This document shows, piece by piece, positions 49,209 to 57,210 of a DNA stretch of 64,000 nucleotides; position 1 is the first letter of the stretch; every line of letters begins with the position of its first letter. The DNA lies in contig CAYZSL010000001.1 of NCBI GenBank assembly GCA_964481125.1, positions 34,468-98,467 of the forward strand, in the 5' to 3' direction. This stretch comes from an uncultured Candidatus Saccharibacteria bacterium. GTDB lineage: Bacteria > Patescibacteriota > Minisyncoccia > Minisyncoccales > RBG-13-42-11. The position numbers and the translations under genes are program-made. The notes beneath the pieces were generated by a model. That model saw nothing but the letters and a program-made list of their open reading frames with translations, was not told the DNA's origin and made no database searches.

Positions 49209-49550
49209 TTACATTTTGATCTCAATGTCAACGCCAGCAGGCAGATTCAAATTCATCAAAGCATCAATCACTTTCTGGCCCGGATTCAATATGTCAATCA
49301 ATCTCTTGTGAACTCTCAGTTCAAACTGTTCTCTCGCATCCTTATGGACGAAAGAAGAACGATTGACTGTTTGTTTTTGGATTTCCGTAGGCAAAGGCAC
49401 AGGACCCAACGTTTGGACACCGTAACGCAAAGCCACCTCGATAATCTGGCGGGCAGAACTATCAATCACTTTATGATCGAAAGCCCTCAGTTTTATCCTT
49501 ATCTTGGATTTAGCTTCTTCTTCAACTTCAGTTATTTTCTTTTTTGGCAT
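49209..49550 (-). CDS. rpsJ: 30S ribosomal protein S10
   Basis: [36 protein letters not shown]. Confidence 0.95.
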   Translation of the reverse strand: MPKKKITEVEEEAKSKIRIKLRAFDHKVIDSSARQIIEVALRYGVQTLGPVPLPTEIQKQTVNRSSFVHKDAREQFELRVHKRLIDILNPGQKVIDALMNLNLPAGVDIEIKM

Positions 49551-49584
49551 CTTGAAAGAACCTTTGCTTTAAATCTCTTTTGCT

Positions 49585-50784
49585 TTATTTAATTACTTTT
49601 GTTACCACGCCTGCTCCCACGGTTCTGCCACCTTCTCTGATGGCGAATCTCTGCTTTTCTTCCATGGCAATAGGAGTCAATAACTTTGCTTTAAAATTGA
49701 CTGTGTCTCCCGGCATAACCATTTCAGTGCCCTCTGGCAATGTCACTTCTCCTGTCACGTCAGTGGTTTTAAAGTAAAGCTGGGGCTTGTAGCCGGTAAA
49801 GAAAGGAGTGTGTCTTCCGCCTTCTTCCTTTGTCAAAACGTAAACTTCCCCTTCAAATTCAGTATGGGGAGTTATTGAACCCGGCTTGGCTAAAACCTGT
49901 CCTCTTTCAACGTCTTCTTTCTTTGATCCTCTGAGCAATATACCGACATTGTCTCCAGCTCTTCCTTCGTCCAGAATCTTGTTAAACATTTCCACGCTAA
50001 CAGCAATTGTTTTGCTGGTCGGTTTGATACCAACCAATTCCACTTCATCGTTGGAGTGGACAATTCCTCTTTCAATACGGCCGGTAGCCACTGTGCCTCT
50101 TCCGGCAATTGAAAAAACGTCTTCAATAGCCATTAAGAAAGGCTTATCTATCTCTCTGACTGGTTCTGGAATATGTTCGTCTATTGCTTTAACCAGCTCT
50201 AAAATGGGCTTGGCTGCTTCATCGTCAATAGAATTGGCTGCCAAAGCTTTTAAAGCTGAACCTTTGATTATTGGAGTGGTATCTCCCGGATAACCGTATT
50301 TCTTCAAAAGCTCTCTTAATTCCGATTCAACCAAACTAATCATTTCCGGATCGTCAACTGCATCGCACTTGTTCAAAAATACGACCATTGCCGGCAATCC
50401 TACTTGCCTAGCCAAAAGAATATGCTCTCTTGTCTGGGGCATAGGGCCGTCAGGAGCGGAAACAACCAAAACTGCTCCGTCCATCTGGGCAGCTCCAGTA
50501 ATCATGTTCTTAATGTAATCAGCATGTCCCGGACAATCAATCCAGGCATAATGCCTTTTTTCAGATTCAAACTCAACGTGAGTGACGTTGATCGTCAAGC
50601 CACGGGCCTTTTCCTCTGGTGCTGAGTCAATCTGGTCTATGGATTTTTCGGTAGCTTTAAAACCGGCCAACTTCTGAATCTTCAAAATAGCGGCGGTTAA
50701 AGTGGTTTTACCATGGTCAACGTGACCGATGGAACCGATGTTTAGATGGGGTTTTCCCCTTGCGAATTTTTCTTTTTCTGCCAT
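49585..50784 (-). CDS. tuf: elongation factor Tu
   Basis: [25 protein letters not shown], full-length 399 aa. Confidence 0.97.
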   Translation of the reverse strand: MAEKEKFARGKPHLNIGSIGHVDHGKTTLTAAILKIQKLAGFKATEKSIDQIDSAPEEKARGLTINVTHVEFESEKRHYAWIDCPGHADYIKNMITGAAQMDGAVLVVSAPDGPMPQTREHILLARQVGLPAMVVFLNKCDAVDDPEMISLVESELRELLKKYGYPGDTTPIIKGSALKALAANSIDDEAAKPILELVKAIDEHIPEPVREIDKPFLMAIEDVFSIAGRGTVATGRIERGIVHSNDEVELVGIKPTSKTIAVSVEMFNKILDEGRAGDNVGILLRGSKKEDVERGQVLAKPGSITPHTEFEGEVYVLTKEEGGRHTPFFTGYKPQLYFKTTDVTGEVTLPEGTEMVMPGDTVNFKAKLLTPIAMEEKQRFAIREGGRTVGAGVVTKVIK

Positions 50785-50833
50785 ATTTTTTTGTATTAAT
50801 TATTATTTATTTATATACTGACCGATATATAAT

Positions 50834-50861
50834 ATTTTATTAAACTTCTAATATTTGTCAA
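50834..50861 (-). promoter_or_regulatory. candidate promoter upstream of tuf
   Basis: Minus strand TTGACA (50861-50856) - 16 nt - TAAAAT (50839-50834) in the fusA-tuf spacer. Confidence 0.5.
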
Positions 50862-50868
50862 TTGTGGA

Positions 50869-52971
50869 TTATCTTCTTTTGCCCTCAATGATCTCCTGGG
50901 CAATGTTACCCGGAACCTCATCGTAATGGTCAAATTCCATAGTAAAGGTTCCTCTGCCTTCAGTCAAGCTGCGAATAGCGGTCGCATAGCCGAACATTTC
51001 AGACAAAGGTACTTTAGCATCAATTACTTTCATTTGCAATCTGTCTTGCGTTTCTTCGATTTTTCCCCTTCTGGCTGATAAATCTCCGATAACATCGCCG
51101 AAAAAATCAGCAGGAATAACCACTTCCAATTTCATAATTGGCTCCAGTAATATTGGTTTAGCTCTTTTGGTTGCTGACTGAAAAGCCATGGAACCGGCAA
51201 TTTTAAAAGCCATTTCCGAAGAATCAACCTCGTGGAAAGAACCGTCAAAAAGCGTAGCAGACAAATCAACGATCGGGTAGCCGGCAACCACTCCTTTATC
51301 AGCTGCTTCTATCACTCCTTTTTCAACGGCCGGAATGAATTCACGGGGAATAATTCCGCCTTTTATCTCGTTGATAAATTCAAATCCCGTACCTCTTTCT
51401 TTCGGCTCCACTCTCAGAAAAACATGGCCGTACTGACCCCGTCCTCCTGATTGCCTGACATATTTTCCTTCTGCCTCAGCTTCCATTTTAATGGTTTCCT
51501 TGTAAGCGACTTGCGGCCTGCCAATATTTGCCTCTACCTTGAATTCTCTTTTTAATCTGTCAGTAATAATTTCCAAGTGCAATTCTCCCATGCCGGAGAT
51601 AATCGTTTCGCTGGTTTCCAAGTCTCCCTTAACCCTGAAAGTCGGGTCTTCATCCATTAATCTTTTTAAAGCAGTACCCATTTTTTCCTGGTCAGCTTTT
51701 GTCTTCGGCTCAATTCTAATTGAAATAACAGGTTCCGGGAAAACGATCTTTTCAAGAACAATGGGACTGCTTTCGTCGCAAAGAGTGTGACCAGTAGAAG
51801 TGTTTTTTAAACCGACGGTAGCTGCTATATCTCCGGTAAAAACTTCCTCCACCTCTTCCCTTTCATTGGCATGCATTCTTAAAATCCTGCCGATTCTTTC
51901 TTTTTCGCCGGTAGTCGTATTTAAAACGTAAGAACCACGCTTTAAGGAACCGGAATAAACTCTGAAAAATGTCAAAGTGCCGACATAAGGATCAGTGGCC
52001 ACTTTAAAAGCTAAAGCGCAAAAAAGCTTGTCATCCGAAGCTTCTCTTTCAATAAACTCACCGTTTTTTGGGTCCGTACCAATAACAGCTGGAAGCTCAG
52101 TGGGATTCGGCAGATACTCAACTACCCCGTCAAGCATTGGCTGCACTCCTTTGTTTTTTAAAGCTGAACCGCAAAAAACAGGAATGAGCTTGTAATCAAT
52201 AGTTGCTTTTCTTAAAGTTTTTTTCAGCTCTCCAACGGAAATTTCCTGTTTAGCCAAGTATTTTTCCAAGAGAGATTCGTCTTCTGCCGCGATCTTTTCC
52301 AATAATTTCTCCCTCCATTCTTTAGCTTTTTCCATCAAGTCTGCCGGAATTTCCTCTTTTTTAATAGTCTGACCGAAGTCCCCCTCAAACCTCAAAACTT
52401 TCATTTCCAGCAAATCAATTATTCCTTCAAACTTCGCTTCCTCGCCTATGGGCAATTGAAGCGCGACTGCTGAGGGTGAAAGCTTTTGCAGAATGGAATT
52501 AAAACTTCCTTCAAAAGAAGCTCCCATCCTGTCCAGTTTATTTATAAAGCAAATCCTGGGAACATGGAACTTGTCTGCCTGTCGCCAGACAGTTTCAGAC
52601 TGCGGCTCCACTCCTGCCACGCCGTCAAAAACAACGACTGCTCCGTCCAGAACTCTCAAAGCTCTCTGGACTTCAACAGTAAAATCAATATGGCCTGGAG
52701 TATCGATAATATTAATCCTGTATTCGTTTTCCTTTTTTTTCTCTGAATTGAGAGGCGTCCAAAAACAAGTGGTAGCAGCAGAAGTAATGGTGATTCCCCT
52801 TTCCCTTTCCTGAACCATCCAGTCCATGATAGCTTTGCCGTCGTGCACCTCTCCTATTTTATGAGAGATGCCGGTGTAAAATAAAACTCGCTCGGTAACA
52901 GTTGTTTTACCGGCGTCAATATGCGCGATAATCCCTATGTCTCTGTATCTTTCTATCGGATATTGCCTCAT
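50869..52971 (-). CDS. fusA: elongation factor G
   Basis: [26 protein letters not shown], domains IV-V present; 700 aa. Confidence 0.97.
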   Translation of the reverse strand: MRQYPIERYRDIGIIAHIDAGKTTVTERVLFYTGISHKIGEVHDGKAIMDWMVQERERGITITSAATTCFWTPLNSEKKKENEYRINIIDTPGHIDFTVEVQRALRVLDGAVVVFDGVAGVEPQSETVWRQADKFHVPRICFINKLDRMGASFEGSFNSILQKLSPSAVALQLPIGEEAKFEGIIDLLEMKVLRFEGDFGQTIKKEEIPADLMEKAKEWREKLLEKIAAEDESLLEKYLAKQEISVGELKKTLRKATIDYKLIPVFCGSALKNKGVQPMLDGVVEYLPNPTELPAVIGTDPKNGEFIEREASDDKLFCALAFKVATDPYVGTLTFFRVYSGSLKRGSYVLNTTTGEKERIGRILRMHANEREEVEEVFTGDIAATVGLKNTSTGHTLCDESSPIVLEKIVFPEPVISIRIEPKTKADQEKMGTALKRLMDEDPTFRVKGDLETSETIISGMGELHLEIITDRLKREFKVEANIGRPQVAYKETIKMEAEAEGKYVRQSGGRGQYGHVFLRVEPKERGTGFEFINEIKGGIIPREFIPAVEKGVIEAADKGVVAGYPIVDLSATLFDGSFHEVDSSEMAFKIAGSMAFQSATKRAKPILLEPIMKLEVVIPADFFGDVIGDLSARRGKIEETQDRLQMKVIDAKVPLSEMFGYATAIRSLTEGRGTFTMEFDHYDEVPGNIAQEIIEGKRR

Positions 52972-52975
52972 AACT

Positions 52976-53443
52976 TTACCAAGAAAAATGAGCGAAAGCC
53001 CTGTTGGCCTCTGCCATTCGGTGAGTGTCTTCTTTCTTTTTAACGGCTGTTCCTTCGTTTTTTGAAGCTAGAATCAATTCTTCAGCCAGTTTTTCTCTCA
53101 TCGGCTTGCCCTTTTTTGATTTAGCTGCCTTAATTATCCATCTCATCGCCAAAGTAACCATTCTGTCCCCCCTTACTTCGCGGGGCACCTGATAGGTAGC
53201 GCCACCGACTCTTTTTGGTTTTATTTCTAACAAAGGAGAAGCGTTTTTTATAGCTGTTTCAAAAACCTCCAAAGGCTCTTTCTTTGTTTTCTCTTTAATA
53301 ATATCAAAAGTGCCGTAAATGATTTTTTCGGCTATTGTTTTTTTACCGTTCCTCATCACCTGATTGATAAATTTGGCTACAGTCACATTCTCGTAAACGG
53401 AATCAGGAACAACAGGTATTCTCTTTTTTTTCTTTCTAGCCAT
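52976..53443 (-). CDS. rpsG: 30S ribosomal protein S7
   Basis: [32 protein letters not shown]. Confidence 0.96.
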   Translation of the reverse strand: MARKKKKRIPVVPDSVYENVTVAKFINQVMRNGKKTIAEKIIYGTFDIIKEKTKKEPLEVFETAIKNASPLLEIKPKRVGGATYQVPREVRGDRMVTLAMRWIIKAAKSKKGKPMREKLAEELILASKNEGTAVKKKEDTHRMAEANRAFAHFSW

Positions 53444-53446
53444 ATA

Positions 53447-53860
53447 TTATTTTTCTCTTTTTTTGCCGTATTTACTTCTTTGCTTTTTTCTTCCTTCGAC
53501 TCCGGCTGTATCCAAAACACCTCTGACTATATGATATCTGACGCCTGGCAAATCTTTAACTCTGCCTCCTCTCAAAACAACCACTGAGTGTTCCTGCAAA
53601 TTGTGGCCTTCGCCCGGAATGTAAGCCGTTACTTCCATGCCATTGGTCAGCCTGACCCTGGCCACTTTTCTCAAAGCAGAATTTGGTTTCTTGGGGGTGG
53701 AAGTAAAAACCTTCAGACAGACCCCCCTTTTAAAAGGAGAATAAAAGTTTTTGGGCCGATTCTTCAAAACATTAAAACTAAAAGACAAAGCCGGCGACTT
53801 TGTTCGCTTTTTGATTTTTTTCCTTCCTTTTTTAATTAATTGATGAATTGTCGGACACAT
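53447..53860 (-). CDS. rpsL: 30S ribosomal protein S12
   Basis: [41 protein letters not shown]. Confidence 0.96.
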   Translation of the reverse strand: MCPTIHQLIKKGRKKIKKRTKSPALSFSFNVLKNRPKNFYSPFKRGVCLKVFTSTPKKPNSALRKVARVRLTNGMEVTAYIPGEGHNLQEHSVVVLRGGRVKDLPGVRYHIVRGVLDTAGVEGRKKQRSKYGKKREK

Positions 53861-53885
53861 AAATTACAATTTATCATAAAGCCAA

Positions 53886-54503
53886 TTAAATTACAATAGG
53901 CTGGCCGGTTATAAGAAAAAAAAGAAAATAGGCTGATTTGAAAATTAAGCTCAATCCGCCGAAAAAAATGAAAAACAGAAAAACGAAAAGCCCGTATCTT
54001 TCAAGAAACATTCTGATTTCAAGAAATTTTCCCGGAAAAAAAGAAAACAAAATATGGGAACCGTCAAAAGGCGGAATGGGAATAAGATTGAAAACTGCCC
54101 AGGCAAAATTATATATAACGATTATGCTAAAAAGCATCAAAAGAGGTTCAGGTAAAGATAAAAACCTTATAGCCAATCCGAAAATTACCGCCAGAAGAAA
54201 ATTGGTTGCTGGGCCAGCAATGGCTACTTTCAAATTACCCCATCTCTGGTCGCGGAAATTCAAAGGATTAACCGGTACTGGCTTTGCCCAGCCGATAATC
54301 GGCCCCTTGCCGAAAGTGGCAAAAAGCAAAAGCAAAGGAACAAGAATCGTACCCAAAGGATCAATATGCTTTATGGGGTTCAACGTCAAACGGCCGGCTC
54401 TCTTGGCTGTCTCGTCTCCCAAATGCAAAGCAACGCTTCCGTGCGCTACTTCATGGATGACAATGGAAAAAAATAAAATCAATAAGATAAAAACGATTTC
54501 CAT
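53886..54503 (-). CDS. small M50-family (site-2 protease-like) membrane metalloprotease
   Basis: HEVAHG zinc motif in the first TM, NLIPIPPFDGSH, 5-6 TM helices. Confidence 0.8.
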   Translation of the reverse strand: MEIVFILLILFFSIVIHEVAHGSVALHLGDETAKRAGRLTLNPIKHIDPLGTILVPLLLLFATFGKGPIIGWAKPVPVNPLNFRDQRWGNLKVAIAGPATNFLLAVIFGLAIRFLSLPEPLLMLFSIIVIYNFAWAVFNLIPIPPFDGSHILFSFFPGKFLEIRMFLERYGLFVFLFFIFFGGLSLIFKSAYFLFFLITGQPIVI

Positions 54504-54594
54504 GTTTTTAATGATAACACAACTTGAAGGAAATAAAAATTTCTGCTAGGATAAAAAAGTCGTAGTTTATCATTTCTAAAAAATCATCAAGAAT

Positions 54595-54783
54595 ATGGCA
54601 AACGAATGCCCAATCTGCGGTAAAAAAACTCTAATGGTTTGGAGAAGAGTGAAACTCCGAGGAAGATATAATCCAACAACGAAAACAAGAAAAAAACCAA
54701 ATCTGCAATGGGTTAAATTGCCTTCGGGTAAAAGAATAAAAGCCTGCACGAAATGCATCAAGGCAATGGCGAAAAAGAAATAA
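54595..54783 (+). CDS. rpmB: 50S ribosomal protein L28
   Basis: MANECPICGKK...KKPNLQWVKL...KACTKCIK matches the L28 pattern (C-x-x-G-K, PNLQ). Confidence 0.7.
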   Translation: MANECPICGKKTLMVWRRVKLRGRYNPTTKTRKKPNLQWVKLPSGKRIKACTKCIKAMAKKK

Positions 54784-54791
54784 TCTATTGA

Positions 54792-54862
54792 CGGGGTGTA
54801 GTATAACGGCAGTATTTGCCCTTGGGGTGGGTAAGACCCGGGTTCAATTCCCGGCACCCCGA
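54792..54862 (+). tRNA. tRNA-Pro (anticodon GGG)
   Basis: Acceptor CGGGGTG/CACCCCG + A73, anticodon stem TGCCC/GGGTA with loop TTGGGGT, T arm CCGGG-TTCAATT-CCCGG; no CCA. Confidence 0.85.
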
Positions 54863-54872
54863 AAACCAAACC

Positions 54873-54899
54873 AAAAATCCGCTGGAATAGCGGATTTTT
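54873..54899. terminator. bidirectional intrinsic terminator (tRNA-Pro / trmB-like gene)
   Basis: aaaaatccgct-ggaat-agcggattttt: A-tract, 7-bp GC stem, T-tract. Confidence 0.7.
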
Positions 54900-54912
54900 G
54901 GTTTATTACCAT

Positions 54913-55701
54913 TTAAAGTATATCTTGTATTGACAATCTTTCACCCTGTTCAAAAAGCGCTTTATACAATGTGAGCAGTGATTTGTATATATTTTCATCT
55001 TCAATTATCAAGACAAAGTTTTGCTGAGGAACAACAATAAAGGCGTTTCTTGGATAAATCAAATAAAGGTTTATCGAAAAAAAGAAGTCATTCTGGTCAA
55101 TTACTCTAACAGTAGCTGGCCTTTGATATAAGATTTTCTTAATCTTTTCCGGAGCTGATTTAATAAGAGGAATAACATCCTTTGTAATGATTCCTTGGGT
55201 AGCTACCTTTTTGTCTAAGAATTTCTTTTCCCATTTATACCAAAATTCCCATCCTAACTTATCTAAATTTTGTTTTGTGGCTTCGCCCGATTCTATAATA
55301 CAGGGAATGTGTTTGTAATTAAACCTTAGCATCGCTTCGTAAATTTTAAGTAATCCCTGCTTGGTATCAAAATATTCAATTTTCGGTTTTTTACCCGAAA
55401 AACCCAAAATCTTTTCTAATTGAGGTAAGGTCTCGGAAAAATTCTTTATCTTCTCTTTTTTATCTTCAAGGATAAATTTCGGTTCAAGAGGAATAAAGTA
55501 TTCAATCCCCTGTTTTTTGCTTTTTTTAAGATACCCTTTTTCAAGCAAGTCTCCTAGATAAACATAAATTGAAGTTCTGGGTATATCAACCTCTTTAGCT
55601 AATTCGGAAACCTTAGCCATGCCCAACTTCAAACAAGCCAGATACACCTCTGCTTCTTGTTTTTTTAGTCCTATATCTTGTAATTTCGTTGCGTAATTCA
55701 T
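54913..55701 (-). CDS. TrmB-family winged-helix transcriptional regulator
   Basis: LQDIGLKKQEAEVYLACLKLGMAKVSELAKEVDIPRTSIYVYLGDLLEKGYL is the TrmB N-terminal HTH pattern. Confidence 0.8.
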   Translation of the reverse strand: MNYATKLQDIGLKKQEAEVYLACLKLGMAKVSELAKEVDIPRTSIYVYLGDLLEKGYLKKSKKQGIEYFIPLEPKFILEDKKEKIKNFSETLPQLEKILGFSGKKPKIEYFDTKQGLLKIYEAMLRFNYKHIPCIIESGEATKQNLDKLGWEFWYKWEKKFLDKKVATQGIITKDVIPLIKSAPEKIKKILYQRPATVRVIDQNDFFFSINLYLIYPRNAFIVVPQQNFVLIIEDENIYKSLLTLYKALFEQGERLSIQDIL

Positions 55702-55707
55702 ACCTCT

Positions 55708-55735
55708 ATTATACTCTTGTTGATAATTTTGTCAA
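55708..55735 (-). promoter_or_regulatory. consensus promoter placed for a leaderless trmB-like transcript
   Basis: Minus strand TTGACA (55735-55730) - 16 nt - TATAAT (55713-55708) - AGAGGT - ATG (55701). Confidence 0.6.
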
Positions 55736-55737
55736 CA
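55718..55737. promoter_or_regulatory. 6-8-6 inverted repeat, candidate operator
   Basis: TGTTGA-taattttg-TCAACA read directly; overlaps the -35 and spacer of the trmB-like promoter. Confidence 0.45.
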
Positions 55738-55814
55738 CCTGAGTCGTTTTTTATTCATTTTTATTCGGGAAATTGTCTTAAATATCCAATTTAAAGAAAT
55801 TTTTGTTTAATTTC

Positions 55815-55843
55815 TTGACAAAGAATACATCTTATTTTATAAT
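55815..55843 (+). promoter_or_regulatory. perfect consensus sigma-70 promoter for the orphan two-gene cassette
   Basis: TTGACA (55815-55820) - 17 nt - TATAAT (55838-55843). Confidence 0.65.
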
Positions 55844-55902
55844 AAAAGAAGCAAATTGGTCGGTTAAGTTCTTTGGCAAATGAAAATAAAAAGGAAGGTA
55901 AA

Positions 55903-56220
55903 GTGATTACTATATCAGGAAACACAGTCAAGATTTTTTTCGTAGAAAAAGAAATAAGGCCAGAGGAAACTATGTGTATTGAGATGAGTATCCCTGAAAA
56001 AATAGATGGGGAAACAGGTGAGGTAAAAAAATGGAAAACGCTAGATGCGTCAGATGGTGTGTATGCTTCCCGTGTAACGATATTTCCCCATCACTACGAA
56101 GGAGCATTTGGCGCTTCTCTCTTTACCAAGTTTGGAATATTTTTGAATGCAGAAGCGGCAAGAAAAATGAGCAAGGCCCTTTTACTGTTGGCGAAGCATC
56201 AAGAGAAAGAAAAGAAATAA
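55903..56220 (+). CDS. orphan hypothetical protein A (~105 aa)
   Basis: GTG 55903 preceded by AAGGAAGG (55891-98); track ORF starts at TTG 55873 without an SD; no family recognised. Confidence 0.55.
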   Translation: MITISGNTVKIFFVEKEIRPEETMCIEMSIPEKIDGETGEVKKWKTLDASDGVYASRVTIFPHHYEGAFGASLFTKFGIFLNAEAARKMSKALLLLAKHQEKEKK

Positions 56221-56234
56221 AAAGGAGGACAAAA

Positions 56235-56882
56235 ATGTTTGAAGTAGAAGATAAAGTAATATACCGAGAAAGTGAAAAAATAGGAACAGTGGTGGGGTTT
56301 TCTGAAACTTACCAGAGTCGCAGTTGTAATTTTGGTCGTAGACCTGGGATCTATAAGAATAGATGTTGGGTATGGGTAAGGTTTGGAAATAGATCAAGCA
56401 ACAAACCAGAACTAATTTCTAGTACATTGTTAGACCCGGTAAATAAACGGGAGTATAACCAGCGTTTTAAAAAACCCAAACTCCCTAGTTGGAAAGAATG
56501 GGAAGAAAAAGAGAACTTCATTTGTGACCCTCCAGACACAAAATTCTGGGAGGGCGATATAGTACGACTGGCCAAAGGTGAAGATAAGAATAAAGTATTA
56601 ACAGTCTTAACAATCAAAAATATCACATCCGAAGATAAAGGAAATGATGAGCCATTAACTTATGTACTTGATAAGGTTTTTAAAGCCAACGTTGGTCACG
56701 GCTCATATGAAAGATTAGAAGACAAAATGGTTCTTGTTGAAAGGGGGAATATATGGAAATATTACCATTATAGACCTCTACGGTTTGTAGATTCTAAAGA
56801 AGCAGCAGAATTCTTTGAAATGACAAATCTTACAGGTAACAATAAGTCTATCATGATAATTCCAATAATCCCAATTGCCTAG
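56235..56882 (+). CDS. orphan hypothetical protein B (215 aa)
   Basis: ATG 56235 with AAGGAGG 6 nt upstream; two short beta-like modules (EVEDKVIYRESEKIGTVVGF, FWEGDIVRLAKGEDKNKVLTVLTI); hydrophobic tail IMIIPIIPIA; no family recognised. Confidence 0.65.
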   Translation: MFEVEDKVIYRESEKIGTVVGFSETYQSRSCNFGRRPGIYKNRCWVWVRFGNRSSNKPELISSTLLDPVNKREYNQRFKKPKLPSWKEWEEKENFICDPPDTKFWEGDIVRLAKGEDKNKVLTVLTIKNITSEDKGNDEPLTYVLDKVFKANVGHGSYERLEDKMVLVERGNIWKYYHYRPLRFVDSKEAAEFFEMTNLTGNNKSIMIIPIIPIA

Positions 56883-56907
56883 ATAGCTAAATCTCTATAT
56901 TTAATAA

Positions 56908-56950
56908 AGGGTGGTGAAGCAATACAATCTCTTCAGCCACCCTTTTTATT
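56908..56950 (+). terminator. strong intrinsic terminator of the orphan cassette
   Basis: agggtgg-tgaag ... cttcagccaccct (12-bp stem, one bulge) followed by ttttatttc. Confidence 0.75.
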
Positions 56951-57014
56951 TCTCAAAGAACTTGTTTTTGGCTCGGAGCTTTGTAACCTGTTGAAGTTTT
57001 GTCTCAACAGAACT

Positions 57015-57041
57015 AAAAAACCGCTGAAATGGCGGTTTTTT
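57015..57041. terminator. bidirectional intrinsic terminator (ends the candidate RNA on the minus strand)
   Basis: aaaaaaccgc-tgaaatg-gcggtttttt: A6, GC stem, T6. Confidence 0.75.
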
Positions 57042-57173
57042 AGTGGCTCTGTTTTCTAGGAAGTTTTCTCGGAAAAAGTTACAAGTGGGAATCCTAGTCT
57101 TGGCCCAAGGGCCAAGAATCATTTCAGACTCCCTTAAAAAACTTTTGTACCAGAACTAACTAGATTCAGAGCC
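57015..57173 (-). ncRNA. candidate ~159-nt rod-shaped structured RNA, family unknown (6S-like layout)
   Basis: Own promoter and terminator; 5' GGCUCUG (57173-67) pairs with CAGAGCC (57051-45); nested helices and the terminal palindrome UCUUGGCCC-UU-GGGCCAAGA (57117-57098) drawn by eye. Confidence 0.5.
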
Positions 57174-57179
57174 AATTTA

Positions 57180-57209
57180 ATTATACCTTTTTGCAAAAAA
57201 CATTGTCAA
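57180..57209 (-). promoter_or_regulatory. consensus-hexamer promoter of the candidate RNA
   Basis: Minus strand TTGACA (57209-57204) - 18 nt - TATAAT (57185-57180), starting 2 nt after the kinase-like gene stop. Confidence 0.6.
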
Positions 57210-57210
57210 A

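Noticed and set aside
54576-54869. 97-aa minus-strand ORF spanning rpmB and tRNA-Pro
   Set aside because: It overlaps a well-formed tRNA and the L28 gene on the other strand, and its product has no recognisable features.
56031-56234. N-terminal 68-codon extension of orphan protein B (track ORF 56031..56882) overlapping ORF A in another frame. This raised the question of programmed frameshifting or a fusion.
   Set aside because: A near-perfect AAGGAGG-6nt-ATG at 56235 explains the gene without the extension. No slippery heptamer was seen at the A/B junction, and ORF A ends with its own TAA.
56951-57014. A possible additional element in the 64-nt gap between the two terminators (weak hairpin GTTGA-N9-TCAAC)
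   Set aside because: The stem is only 5 bp, there are no promoter-like hexamers, and it is most simply spacer between convergent terminators.
54792-57210. Whether tRNA-Pro is an integration site, making 54.9-57.2 kb a genomic islet
   Set aside because: I looked for a direct repeat of the tRNA 3' end (ggttcaattcccggcaccccg) downstream to 57.2 kb and saw none. No integrase or recombinase is present. The block is reported as an accessory-looking cassette only, not as a mobile element.
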